Shown: piece by piece, positions 38,861 to 50,983 of the stretch | Numbering within the stretch: the first letter of the stretch is position 1 | Layout: the number at the start of each line of letters is the position of its first letter | Origin: Phoronis australis | Taxonomy: Eukaryota > Animalia > Phoronida | Assembly: GCA_002633005.1 (NCBI GenBank) | Contig: NMRA01000164.1 | Location: 46,289-110,288, forward strand | DNA length: 64,000 nucleotides | Direction of reading: 5' to 3' | Notes under the pieces: generated by a model | The model's input: only the letters and a program-made list of their open reading frames with translations | Told to the model about the DNA's origin: nothing | The model's database searches: none | Position numbers and translations under genes: made by a program

Positions 38861-39561
38861 CTACGTACAATCGGTGCTTTTGGATTCATGTGGCTGTCTC
38901 CACGATTGCTCAGACACCTGATCTACTGCTAACGAGTCTTTGGACATAGAGCTACTACCTTCCTTTTGTTTACGCAACTGAAGACGACTCCGAACAAAAG
39001 ACTTGCTCAGAGGCATTTCTCCTTCATCTAAACTGCTTTGTATAGGTGGAAGTGGTACGTGAGCTTTAACATCAACCTGCACGTCTGTCTGACTGTCATG
39101 AGCATGCAAGAACGGTGTTGGATCTGGCACGTATTCAACAGTGCCGCTGCCAACAGGAGTCTTTGGCAGTCGACGTGCTGACGGCACTCGCCGGCCTGAG
39201 GACGGAGGATCAACAACTCTCGGGCGTCGACGTGCATTGCCTTGGTGAGAGGCTGAGGGAGGGGCTGGGGCCTTTGAGTGAATTTCTATAGAGGACATGT
39301 ACTGTTTCTTCAGACTCAACAACTGGGTTGTCAGAGTGGCTATGTGGTTAGACTTTGCATCCAGCTGTTCGGTGAGATCGCGAACAATTTTGTCCTTCAG
39401 TTTCAAGTCGTCCAGAAATTTTTTCTCTTGAGCTTTGAGTTGCTGTTCTACTAACACAATCTTTTTGTCTTTCTTTTCAATAGTTTGTTCAAATTCACTA
39501 ATTGTCTTGTCTTTTTTCGTTAGCGTTTCCTCCAAAACCTCAGCCCGCTTACGATGAACAT
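38861..39561 (-). CDS. CCDC92: CCDC92-like coiled-coil protein, last coding exon
   Basis: Acceptor tatttgtag|AT in phase 1. Coiled coil ...LDAKSNHIATLTTQL, then PDPTPFL, LPPI and LAVDQV motifs of the CCDC92 family. Confidence 0.85.
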
Positions 39562-40585
39562 CTACAAATAATAATTATTAATAAACAAAAAATGTTAATT
39601 GCATTATCAATTAGAATGTGTTTCTCAGATTTTAAACTACATTAAAGCTTATTCTTTTTCTGACAGGTAAGACACATTACTAATTATCAACTTAAGACAC
39701 ATATCAACAAAGAAAAACATTTGATTCCAAGCACATAATTAAGAAAGCATTGCTGACTTTTTGACATTGTTTAAGCTTCAAGCTGATACAAGCTTTTTGT
39801 TGAAATAATAAATTAGCAAAAATATCAACTATCCGCCAAGATAGTTTAATGGCTGAGTTACAGCACAGCAAACTGTTTATTTTTTAGTGTATTTACAGCA
39901 GAGTTAGCAACTCAGAACATAAGACCTCAAAAACATGGGAGATGGGAGTGTCATAGAAAGGTACAACAAATGTCAACTCTCACATAAACTTGTGATTCGG
40001 GACTACTATACGTTAAGAAAAGGCACAGATGGACAAGAGGGCAGCTTGACAGCTGAGTGTAACTTTTGTATACAAAATAACAAATATTCAATAGGTATTG
40101 CGTCTCCCATCGCCAAACACCTGAATAGGATAGCAGCTGACTCAGTCTCAACAATATGATGTCCATTGTTTGTCTCAGAACAATTCTGACAAAAACAGAT
40201 GATAACTCGATTGGTAAGTCTATAGACTAGAGGGCGTGACTGTCATGTAACCAAGTATACAGATTATTTTTTAGAAACCTATTATGGATTACCAGAAAAT
40301 GGACATTATATTGTTTTTAAAATCAGTTTCAAAAAATGATAATATGCTTTGTAAGCAAGTTTCCAACCAAAACACAAGGAAATTAGTATTTTTAGTCACT
40401 GGACAAAACACACTTTACACCACTTTCAAGGATTAGACCGTGAGAGCCAAACGAAGAGAAAAATTTGACCCGCAGAAGTTCTAATGATATGCCTCGCTGG
40501 ACGGCTGACCACTCTTTACTGAATTCCATACACTCGAGCGCCGTTTGATAAAAAATATTCAAAACCTGTGCAATAGTTGAATTAC

Positions 40586-40633
40586 CTTCGTCAGTTGTTG
40601 ATGTAGACTGCATGGCTAACTGGAACGTCAACT
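40586..40633 (-). CDS. CCDC92: CCDC92-like protein, coding exon 2 (48 bp)
   Basis: ttcag|AG TTG ACG TTC CAG TTA GCC ATG...GAA G|gtaatt. Encodes ELTFQLAM and its phases match both neighbouring exons. Confidence 0.8.
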
Positions 40634-41517
40634 CTGAAATCAACAACATGGAATAAACCATAGCCTGATATGTTGCACTTATTCATTGTCAGTATTGTAC
40701 CATACAGTATTGTGCATCCAGTATCATGCAACAGCATGACCAACTTGTCCCATTTTTGTAGTGACTGAATCTTAACCTTCAAGGAAACCAAGAGTTTGTT
40801 CCATGAAAGTGACTTATGTTACACTCTCACTTCACAATTGCAAGAAAATGGTTTAACCAAGTAAATTCAAGGTGCATCACAGTCTAGAAATGAGTTATTT
40901 GTAAATTGCTTCAGGACTAATAGCATGCCAGGGAACATTAAATTGCAAATTATCAATGATTATTACGTAAAGGTGAAATGTTAATTGTCAAGTAACAATT
41001 GCTAATTTACATCCCTCTATCTAATGGAAGACTTTGAAGCAGTAATGTGGCGACTGATCACCTGTGACAGGATACTGAAAGCGCTGAGTGGAATGTGTCT
41101 GAGCATAAGTTATTTCACCTTATGTATTTCTATCACATAATTAAAAAAACTGGGCACCAGCATTTTAACTGGCCTACTCCTGTGAAGTGAGTTCAGCACC
41201 AGAGCGAAATGCTAAACCAAGAGCATCACCATTCTACAGCGGTTTAAACAGTATAAGAACTTGTCTAACAGAACAAAAATATTTACTTAGACCGAGACTT
41301 TCTTGGTATGAGTTTATTTTATCTACATGATAAAGTGCAGAGAAAACCAAAACGTGGTTAATATATGTTTTCACATCTAACTCTTCCCAATCAATTTAAC
41401 TAAGACTGAATTTTAGCTATCATATACATCTTAGCTAAGCTTTATGTTTTAAACTTAATTTATCTTGTAGTCACTAGTTCAATGTAAACAAGCCATATTC
41501 ATCATTTAGTGGCATAC

Positions 41518-41644
41518 CTGAACATTTCTTCTGTAGTTTTTGAATCTCTGCATGTAGACCTTTTAGTGTGTCAGAATGTTCTTGCTGCATAAACAGTATG
41601 GAACTCTCCAGGTTGCGCTGTTGTATCGCGGCTTGGCTGGTCAT
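41518..41644 (-). CDS. CCDC92: CCDC92-like protein, first coding exon
   Basis: MTSQAAIQQRNLESSILFMQQEHSDTLKGLHAEIQKLQKKCS is the CCDC92/CCDC74 N-terminal motif. Donor G|gtatgc. The acceptor ttttttcag upstream at 41662 implies a 5'UTR intron. Confidence 0.85.
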
Positions 41645-42404
41645 GGTTTAATCTTGGGGTTCTGAAAAAATATCAGTCCAAGGTTAGAAAATTACAATTA
41701 AGACATTTCTGAGAGAGGAGAGTGTCTCCCGGAAATGCATTGTGGGAGGCAAACAATACCCACGACTGGCAACAATATAAACACAACCAGTGCCAGAGGG
41801 AACAGCACACACTTTCAGAAGACATAACAAAGATCTCTTCATCACCGTATCAATGAAAACTGAGGTCTTTGGCTCCCTCTACCTCCTGCATGAGATCAGG
41901 AGCTGCTCACAAACTGTAGAAAGATGAGAATTCTAATCAGCGATCAATAAAGTTGAATAAAAAAGACACATTTGAACACCTTTGCTATACATGTCCTCAA
42001 GAGTATAAACATTCATTCATCTACAACATACCTATTGTTTTCAGTGCAACGACTGACTAGTGTCTGTTACATTATTAATCACCTCAACCTTGCCTCCCGA
42101 TTACATTCATAATACTGTGTAAAGGAAATCAATACGTTGATTGCAAACAGAATGCCAGCCGACATATTTAACCACAAACCATTGTAGATAATCAGCATGA
42201 TGAAGCAGTGTTATAGAAGAATGAAAAAAAATGCTTTCAAAGGCAAAAAACACATCGATGCCCTTGTGTAAACCTATTCATTGTTGCTTCAAGTCTTCAT
42301 AACGCATGGTTTGTTGATGTCCTTTGGATGGTGGATCAAAGGATTGAATTCACTCTTACTAACACAGTATATGAATTAACCTTTTACTAATTTTGCACAA
42401 AAGC

Positions 42405-42758
42405 AACTCTCCTTTGTCCCAGAAATAAGAAAGCGGTGACTTGTTTTGGAAATCAGGCACATTTTCATGTCTCATTGATGTCGGGAAGGCGAAGAATTTC
42501 AGATCACGCATCCATGGGTATTTGTCCAGTTTATCAAACTTTCTCACATTGGAGTTGCAGCCTACAGCACAGCATTGTAAGGGCGAATAGAGTAATGCAA
42601 CCGAGAAAAACTTGTAAAGAATAAGGCGACAACAAACAATAGGCGAAACTCCAGTGGCATGAAAATGAGGGAGCAAATGTGCCTGACGCATGTTTACAGC
42701 ATTGTGGGTAAATACAGTGAGATTCGAGTGTCGCTGTGTAATCCAGGATGGCCCTATT
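42405..42758 (-). mobile_element. THAP-domain transposon relic, copy 2, with the opposite terminus
   Basis: Minus-strand translation CCAVGCNSN...LKFFAFP is the start of a THAP zinc finger. Terminal GTAATCCAGGATGGCCCTATT. Confidence 0.6.
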
Positions 42759-45700
42759 GCCTATTAGACATTTTGTTATTTTACACATGCTTCTAAAACA
42801 GTTGATAACAACCACAATTTCTCTAATACTGTCTAGCATAGAAACAGCAAAATGGTAAACCATTTGTCTGGTGTTACTGTACCTTGACTGAAAAGATCTA
42901 AGAAATTCTCCTTGTCAGCTACATTACTTTTTGAAATTGGCAAGAATTTACTGATGAAATCAGAAATACATTTATTATGTAAGCCAACAATGGCATATAT
43001 TAGCTTACTCATATCAGGCACCAAAATTTATATGCAAAGTAGACCCCTTCCCAGATTTATCCCTTGAGGTCGCAGTGACCTCTCTGATGAGCCTGGCAAG
43101 CACGCTCTCATGGTGATTTTCTGCTATTGTAAAAGAGACATCTCATGTAAGACCAGGACAATGTACAACTTGGAGTCAGTATTTAATATCATTAATTTTT
43201 AGTTTCAAACACACTGTACACGAGTCTTCAGAAGCAGCAGAAGTCTCGTCAAATCTCGTCTTATCACTCGTTTTTTGATCAACGTGATGCTCCACATGTG
43301 TAAGAGTACTCTCTCAGTGTTCTCTTACAGGCATTAATGAATATAACTGGCCACACACTAGAAAAAATGCATTGTTTGATTCACTAAGTTTTCATAAGAC
43401 TGAGCGGCTAACATACTTCTTAGCTGAGCCCAACAAGCATAGAAACGCATCTTTAGTTAGTTTGACAATTATTTTCATTTGCAGAAATAGCTAAAGTATG
43501 ACACAAAGTTCAACGAAAGCACAGCAGCTCATTGATAGCTTCACTGTCCAAAGCTAAATGTTATGCCTAAGATTGTTCTTCCTTAGTAATCATTTGTGCA
43601 TGCCAGAAGCTTTTTACCAAATTACTAGGTATGCGAAAGCCAACAAGCGCAGAGGTACATTTCCATAGTCGCCAGGCCTCAGAAACAATGCATCTCATAA
43701 TTGAGGTGAAGGGTGTCACATTACTTGTCTGTAATCCAAGACATTACTTTCCAACAGCCACTAGGTGCTTCAGGTGCCTTTGTTAAATATAAATATTAAA
43801 GACCCTGGAATTCTGTTTTCAAAAAGGGAGAAATCAGTTTTAGCAAACATAGAATCACATTTTTGTACGTTAGCAAATTCCATTTTCTGAGTTTAAATTA
43901 TGATAAATAACATAAAGTGATCTGGGAATCGCCGTAATACTTTTTCACTAAATTATGCCGCAGCTATGTTTTACAAATAACTTGCTGCAGGCTATGTTTA
44001 AACTGTTTCTAAAAAACAGTGTCACCTTCAGAAGAAATGTACAACTACTTTAGCAAGCCGGATGAAAAACGATTGTCAATCGATTTGTGGTCAGAGTATA
44101 TCAAATTTGGTGGATTTATTAATTTTTGCCAATTAAAACCCCAAATACATTAATATGATGGTATCTGATAAGGGTAAATTGCACTTGAAATGTCCAACTT
44201 AGTAAAAGAAGTCAAGATTCTGTAAATTCGCTTAGATCCAGGCAACTAGTTAGTGATTGGGGCTACAATACTCCCCAACAGACAATGTATGCATTTCAGC
44301 CCATGCATATTCAACGACAGTAGTTCAATGCCAGCTGCCAAGTAAGAAGTTTTCACCTCGTCAAAAGTGCATTTTGCACTACAGAATGTCACTTACAAAA
44401 GCATTTACTTTCTTCAACGCTACATTGAAATATGACATCGCGAAGAAGAACAATCCACTGTTTGTTTGCCATGAGCTTTGTCAACGTCTGCAATAACCCC
44501 CGATAAGCTTCGGTGATGTCACACGAGTTTGGGGAACATAACCATAACTTTCGCAAAATGGTCGCTTGAGAGGGAAGCTCCAGTCAAACCCGACAGAATT
44601 TTATTGTAGACAAAATTGTCTTCAGAGTCCTGATATGTGTTCATTATATCTCATTGCTCACATCCATGCTTCATTTGATGTTATTCTCTATATTTTGAGA
44701 TGAGTAACTTATAATGGGGGACTATCTTCTAGTAAGGCCATACCATATTCACCAGACAGAGTAGTGCTGTTGTGCTTGAACTTGGAATTGTGCTTCGTGT
44801 CAAGATCACGTATTCTAGAACAACTTGAACTAGAGGAACTCGCCCCACTTCAAGTGAGGCATCCACCACATAAAACAGATAATTAACATAAGGCGAAAGT
44901 TGTCGGACTGCGCATGACCATGAACAGCTGATGCAAATATGACCAAAATGTGCACGTTTGCACCTACACAGCAATTAAAAGAGGATCAACTTACTGAAGA
45001 ACAAGTTACGCTACCTTGATACGGTGGAGTAAGTTGTCACAAGTAGGGCAAGCTGCGCTACTGTAAATAGCGCCAGATGGCAGACATCCCCCAAACCCAG
45101 TGACAATTCGTTCAAGGTGTAACTTAAGTTCTCGGGGAAGTCAGTGTGTGGATGGCAATTATACATCCAGATGTCCTGCTTTCTCATTTTTAAATGGTGG
45201 AAACTATGCTTATAAATACAAAGATGGGTATCCCACCTGTGCTGCCTTCTGCCGGCATAGCTGGAAGACAGCTGACCTCCCCATAACACAGTGTATGTTT
45301 CTGTCTCACCTTAAGCACACTGACTAAACTCATTACAGTGTAATGACATTCAGTTTTGACAGACCAAAGGATGAAGAATTTTTTCAAGTTGAAAGGATTT
45401 AAGACTTTATCTGTCTCCAAATGTGTCCAATACACTCGAAAGGTGCGTAAAGTAATTAATGCATCTTCGATAATTTAGCGAGAATTAAGCATAATTTGTG
45501 AAATATCTTTCAGTGTACAAGTTTGATTAAGATATCCCATTGCCTAATAGCGATGTGACTTTGGTGCTTTATCCAGGGCAAGAAATAATTTGCCGGAAAG
45601 CTTTTACATACATGGTAGAAGGTCTGAGGGCTTGGTAGGGAAGCCTACGGTGAAATTGTCAAAGACCTTAAAGTTGCTGTTGGAACTTAGATGGTTTTCA

Positions 45701-45965
45701 ATAATTTCATTTTAGCGGACGCCTAGCCTTGGTGCAAAGCTGTATAAATATAAATCTGATGCAAAATTAATGTCATGAACAACTTCTCTCTTCCTTGATT
45801 AAACAACATTAGTTACCAGAGCTAAAAATGCATTACTACCATTATTCTACAACTAAATTAGTAAAGCGATCTTATGCGTTGACTTTCAGCATCATGAAAT
45901 AGAGTTACAACTATTATTAAAATCTCTTGGTCTATTTACACCCACCTCTTGTCTATTTACATTGT

Positions 45966-46007
45966 CACGACGTTTTGGTCAGTTTATTCTACGGCCATCG
46001 TCAGGTG
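45966..46007 (-). ncRNA. Degenerate minimal type I hammerhead ribozyme motif
   Basis: Minus strand reads CAC-CTGACGA-TGGCCG-TAGAATAAA-CTGACC-AAAA-CGTC-GTG: stem I CAC/GTG, CUGANGA core, imperfect stem II, and AAAA where the core has GAAA. Confidence 0.5.
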
Positions 46008-46080
46008 TTCCTAGGTTCTTAGAAGAACAAGCACGGATATTTGGTACACACATCATGGTGTGATTTTTTTAATATTATAT

Positions 46081-46163
46081 TGTCCGAGGATGGATTTGAA
46101 CCCACGACTTCTGAAATTATAGATATTTTGAGTCCAGCACCTTAACCACTACACCACGGAGTC
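46081..46163 (-). pseudogene. tRNA-Leu(CAA)-like derived sequence (Pol III promoter head)
   Basis: GACTCCGTGGTGTAGTGGTTAAGGTGCTGGACTCAAAA...TCGTGGGTTCAAATCCATCCTCGGACA has an A box, a B box, a CT-CAA loop and a long variable region. The acceptor stem does not pair. Confidence 0.6.
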
Positions 46164-46759
46164 ATCCGTCGTGAGAATGTAAATAGACGAGATTGCTGAA
46201 AATAGACAAAGAGATTTTAATAATAGTTGTAACACGCCAATATCTCAGAGCTGATTTAGAAAGTCATGCAATAGAGTGACACCTATTGGTGGCCAATGTC
46301 TTTTTCACTGATTCTTCAATCAACTAGTCTTCTCCCACAAGATTGCAACCGTACATGTCACAACAAATTATTGGAATTGATTTCACTTCCTTATAAGTTA
46401 CAGTATTTTAACACCAGCAACAAAATTTCTGGGCAAAATGCTTTTCAGCGAAGTTGTCACCAACTCTTGGAAGACGTCACAACTTAGCAACTGGTGTGTA
46501 TATGTGTTATCAGTGTACTGTTTTCAAGGCGACGACATACTCTTCTACCAAAAAGCAGTAGAATTATGTATAAAAATGTGGTTTAATATTTTTTTTCACT
46601 TAAACGGCTATAAGCAAGGTGAGCGTCACTTGACTTCCAGATTTGGCATGCATACCAGTCGGTCGTTAGCTATAAATGTTGATATAATTTTCACAGCCAT
46701 GCGACAAGCAGGACTACCCGGATGGTCTGAAATTTCTAGGTCTAGGTCTGACTATGATT

Positions 46760-47509
46760 TAGCCAGCCAGTTAGCTGTATGAAGACTATCGTCAAAATAC
46801 AGCTAGGTACCACTGTATGTTGAACTCCATTAGACCATGAAATTTCACACAGCCCAGGTAGTTCTGCTTGTCACCTCGTCATGAAACTATCAACATCTAG
46901 TCTAAGAGAGCTAACAACCGATGGGTGTGCACGCAAAATCTGGGAGTCAACCGACACTCACCTTGCCCGTTGCAGCCGTTTAAGTGATAAATAATGTTAG
47001 AATAAACATCATTTTCTTGCATAATTCTCCACCTTCAACGAAAAGTATGTTGCCATTTTGAAAACAATACGCTCACATCACACGCACGTACCATTTCTTA
47101 ACTTTTTGTGACATCTCTCAGGATATGATGGCAACTTCGCAGCATCAAAATTTGTTCTGAAATCCGGTTTTCTGGTATACTAAAAATTTATAACGAAATG
47201 AAACCAGTTCCAATAATTTGTTGTAGGTACACAACATAGTGGAAGAAGAAGAGTTGGTTGAAGAATCGGTGAAAAAAGAAGCTGGCCAAAAGATGACGCA
47301 TTATTTCATGGTGCTGAACGCCGACGCAAAAGATTGCTCCACAATAATGGTAGAATGCCTATTTCCCAACACCAGCAAATAATTTAGTTTACTCAAGGAA
47401 GAGTGTAGTTTCTAATGACACTAATCTTATGTCACATTTCATTTGGTCAGTTTCTTATCCTCATCGGCGCAAAGCTGTATACTACATATACAGCTCTGCA
47501 CCAAAGCTA
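46760..47509 (-). mobile_element. Repeat family B, copy 4 (apparently complete, inverted)
   Basis: TAGCCAGCCAGTTAGCTGTATGAAGACTATC...CTCACCTTGCCCGTTGCAGCCGTTTAAG...GCACCAAAGCTA is the reverse complement of copies 1 and 2. Confidence 0.8.
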
Positions 47510-47750
47510 GCCTTCATTATAAGGTTTTAGAATTTTGATACCAGCAAACCGAATTTCAGAACAAATTTTGCTGTTGTGAAGCTCTCATCATCTCCCGAGA
47601 GATAATAATAATTTAGGAAATGGCGCATGTCAGAAGCATACGGTTTTCAAAATGACGACATACTCTTTGTTACAAAAGGCAGAGAATTAAGCAAGAAAAT
47701 GACGTTTATTAGATTGTTTTTCACTAAAACAGCTGTAACGGGCAAGGTGA
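47508..47750 (+). mobile_element. Repeat family B, partial copy 5
   Basis: Internal blocks TTTTGATACCAGCAAACC...GCTGTAACGGGCAAGGTGA. Confidence 0.65.
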
Positions 47751-48345
47751 GGGTAAAAGTAACAAACACGGGTCCCTATAATCCCCTGTGCTTCACCTTT
47801 CTTGGTAAATATAGCTAATGTCTTGGGTACTAATGCTTTCTAAGCAAAGGCTATAATCTTCTCATGAGGTTATTCATGCAACAAACGGCCAGTATTGCAC
47901 AAATATGAACAAATTTTCTGAACTCGATTCTGTCGAGTACTGACGCCATATTTGAAAGTAAGAGAACGCACGTCATGAATATGTCTGGCAAATGACTATG
48001 AGATTATATACTTTGACTTATACTAAAACCGCCATGTAGGATATTATAGGCTACGTATTACCAAATTCACTGAAAAAGATGATTTAGTGGTATCCACCAA
48101 CCATATGCTACAAAGGTTTTCTTTAACTCAAATTAAAACACCTGGTTGTATGGATAAAACTTATCTTCCAGGACCACGCACTCGAAAATTTGTTGATATT
48201 TCTACTGCATTACTAGTACTTAGAAGTCTTGACACCGCACAGGAAATCACACCAGCTATATGCTTTAACTGAAACCGATCCACATATGTAAATATATATG
48301 AGGAAAAATTCAGGACCTTGGGACCCATGTTTGTCACTTTTACCC
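47751..48345. mobile_element. TIR element of about 600 bp inserted in family B copy 5
   Basis: GGGTAAAAGTAACAAACACGGGTCCC pairs with GGGACCCATGTTTGTCACTTTTACCC. Family B sequence (TTTTGCATGCACC) resumes after it. Confidence 0.7.
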
Positions 48346-48383
48346 CAGGTTTTGCATGCACCAACCCCCCCCCCCCCCCCCCC

Positions 48384-49186
48384 NNNNNNNNNNNNNNNNN
48401 NNNNNNNNNNNNNNNNNNNNNNNNNNNNNNNNNNNNNNNNNNNNNNNNNNNNNNNNNNNNNNNNNNNNNNNNNNNNNNNNNNNNNNNNNNNNNNNNNNNN
48501 NNNNNNNNNNNNNNNNNNNNNNNNNNNNNNNNNNNNNNNNNNNNNNNNNNNNNNNNNNNNNNNNNNNNNNNNNNNNNNNNNNNNNNNNNNNNNNNNNNNN
48601 NNNNNNNNNNNNNNNNNNNNNNNNNNNNNNNNNNNNNNNNNNNNNNNNNNNNNNNNNNNNNNNNNNNNNNNNNNNNNNNNNNNNNNNNNNNNNNNNNNNN
48701 NNNNNNNNNNNNNNNNNNNNNNNNNNNNNNNNNNNNNNNNNNNNNNNNNNNNNNNNNNNNNNNNNNNNNNNNNNNNNNNNNNNNNNNNNNNNNNNNNNNN
48801 NNNNNNNNNNNNNNNNNNNNNNNNNNNNNNNNNNNNNNNNNNNNNNNNNNNNNNNNNNNNNNNNNNNNNNNNNNNNNNNNNNNNNNNNNNNNNNNNNNNN
48901 NNNNNNNNNNNNNNNNNNNNNNNNNNNNNNNNNNNNNNNNNNNNNNNNNNNNNNNNNNNNNNNNNNNNNNNNNNNNNNNNNNNNNNNNNNNNNNNNNNNN
49001 NNNNNNNNNNNNNNNNNNNNNNNNNNNNNNNNNNNNNNNNNNNNNNNNNNNNNNNNNNNNNNNNNNNNNNNNNNNNNNNNNNNNNNNNNNNNNNNNNNNN
49101 NNNNNNNNNNNNNNNNNNNNNNNNNNNNNNNNNNNNNNNNNNNNNNNNNNNNNNNNNNNNNNNNNNNNNNNNNNNNNNNNNNNNNN
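48384..49186. other. Assembly gap (803 N)
   Basis: Run of N preceded by a poly-C tract. Confidence 1.
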
Positions 49187-49908
49187 CGCGCTCGCTAGGT
49201 GATGTGACTTCATGACCTCAATCTTTAAATAGGCCAAAGGTGAGCCATTGCGGTCTTGTCAGTCAAATGTTCGTTTCCAAAATTCCACCACTTATACTTG
49301 TCTTTAATTGGCGTTACTTGAAACTGATTGTATTTCAATGAATTATTGTTTGTATTTTATAAAAATAAATGCTGTTGATATGACATTTAATAGTCTTTGT
49401 GCACATATTTGACATTTTAATGATTAACAACACGGCAAATGCACGGCTGGTTCCCGGCAGCACGTACGCAAAGGGAGGGAACTTCAGCTTTCAAAGTTCG
49501 CCTGTACTGTAGGACCGCAACTTCTGACCTTCGGCCTGGTTAAAAGAATCTCTTGGCGTGCGCCGAGTGAAAATGTTGAATTCACGATTTTGGGAACTGA
49601 AATAGGGACTGCTCGAAGAAAAAGTTTGATAACGGGAGTATTTGTTCGAGTTTGAAGGAATAAAACACATCGACAACCTCCTAAGCCGGTGTTCCTCTAT
49701 GCGCAAAAGGTATTTATAACAACGTGACTTTGATGGTTTAGTCGGTGCGAGGCATAATTCGCCGAAAAGCTTCCGGGGTATGGAGTGCCTATAGGAGCTG
49801 CATCGCCTCTGGTTCGGGCCAACAGAGGCGATGGTCATTGCCTATCAGCTAGGTGGCTGGTTAGTGAACTATTATTGACTGACTGGTTAGGTTGGCTAGC
49901 TCACTTAC

Positions 49909-50119
49909 CTGACGACAACAAGCTTAGCTTTCAGGTTGGTAATGGCTCCCGAGATACGTATTGACTATTCCAAAAACATGGTTTAACACGGAGTTTTAAT
50001 TATAAACAGAAAAGTGAACCCCAGATCGTACTTCTTCCCCTATTGAAGTGGAACAAATAAATTACGAGAAATGTCCGTCGCCCTCACAACAACACAGCAA
50101 ATATTGCGTTGGATTGTGG
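49909..50119. promoter_or_regulatory. Putative bidirectional promoter and first non-coding exons of the CCDC92-like and Deltex genes
   Basis: Outward-facing consensus donors, minus CAG|GTAAGT at 49909/49908 and plus TGG|GTAAGT at 50119/50120, between divergent genes. Confidence 0.45.
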
Positions 50120-50418
50120 GTAAGTATTGACCCGAAACAAAAAGTGAATATGTTTATATCATAATCTAATTTATTCAGTTTTGAGCTATAAAAAGCACTT
50201 TAGACAGTTTTTTTTTTAAATCTAATATTCAAAATACTTGATTTCAAAAGGACGTATTTATCTCTAAGTTTAGAGGCTACTTGTGTTGATACACCTAGTG
50301 GCCAGTATAAAAACCAAAGAATCTGGGGGGATTTTCCTGACCAGGGCAGGTGACAGAAGCTTCGACGCCTTTGCCACTTTCGCTTTTTAATTTGCCACTG
50401 ACCAGAAACAAGTGAGCC

Positions 50419-50620
50419 ATGGCGTCGTCCGGAGGTAGAGGAATTGTTGTGTGGGAATGGCTGAATGAATATGGGACGTGGCTTCCGTACGAACCCCACG
50501 TTACTAAATTCATCGAAGATAATAAAGCAGCGGGGTTGTTACGACTGGGTCAAATTGACCAAAATCTATCCAACTATGTAATCAATACCAACGATTTCGA
50601 ACAAGTCACCCAACACACTG
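50419..50620 (+). CDS. DTX1: Deltex E3 ubiquitin ligase, coding exon 1 (WWE 1)
   Basis: GCCATGG Kozak context; VVWEWLNEYGTWLPYEPHVTKFIE; donor G|gtaggt. Likely co-orthologous to DTX1/2/4. Confidence 0.9.
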
Positions 50621-50983
50621 GTAGGTACTCATAAAACGGAATTTTCTGGCAACTTATATTTGAAATTAATGTTTTTCAACAGATACTAAAAACGACTTTC
50701 TCATCTCTGAAACAAAATAATGTCTTGTGGCCTTGTGCTGGCTGCTGTATACTGTAGCCTACAGTGTAGGCTGTAACCCTCAACAACCCTCAAAAGTTTG
50801 GAGCAAAGTTTGAAAACTCCGTACCACGGGCATTCTCACCAGCCGCACGTTGTGATGTACTTTAATATATATTATAGTATCATACAAGTGGCTGATTAAA
50901 TAAAGGTGCGTGTGCTGTGGTTGGATGATAACCTACCAAAAAACATAGTATCCAATCTTTGACGCAGAGGACACTGAGAGTAT

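Larger units (their letters stand above)
45904..46233 (-). mobile_element. Inverted-repeat element with tRNA-like head and hammerhead-like motif (Penelope-related non-autonomous element?)
   Basis: Inverted arms of about 68 bp at 45904-45972 and 46167-46233 enclose both motifs. Confidence 0.65.
45724..46745 (+). mobile_element. Repeat family B, copy 3 (interrupted by 45904-46233)
   Basis: TAGCCTTGGTGCAAAGCTG start; family B blocks resume at about 46270. Confidence 0.7.

Noticed and set aside
43084-43120. CTGATGA possible hammerhead core
   Set aside because: No downstream GAAA/stem III or stem I pairing.
44250-45720. Coding-like composition suggesting a decayed TE ORF
   Set aside because: Stops in the frames examined and no motif I can assign.
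48161-49237. Long ORFs of X residues
   Set aside because: Artefacts of the N gap.
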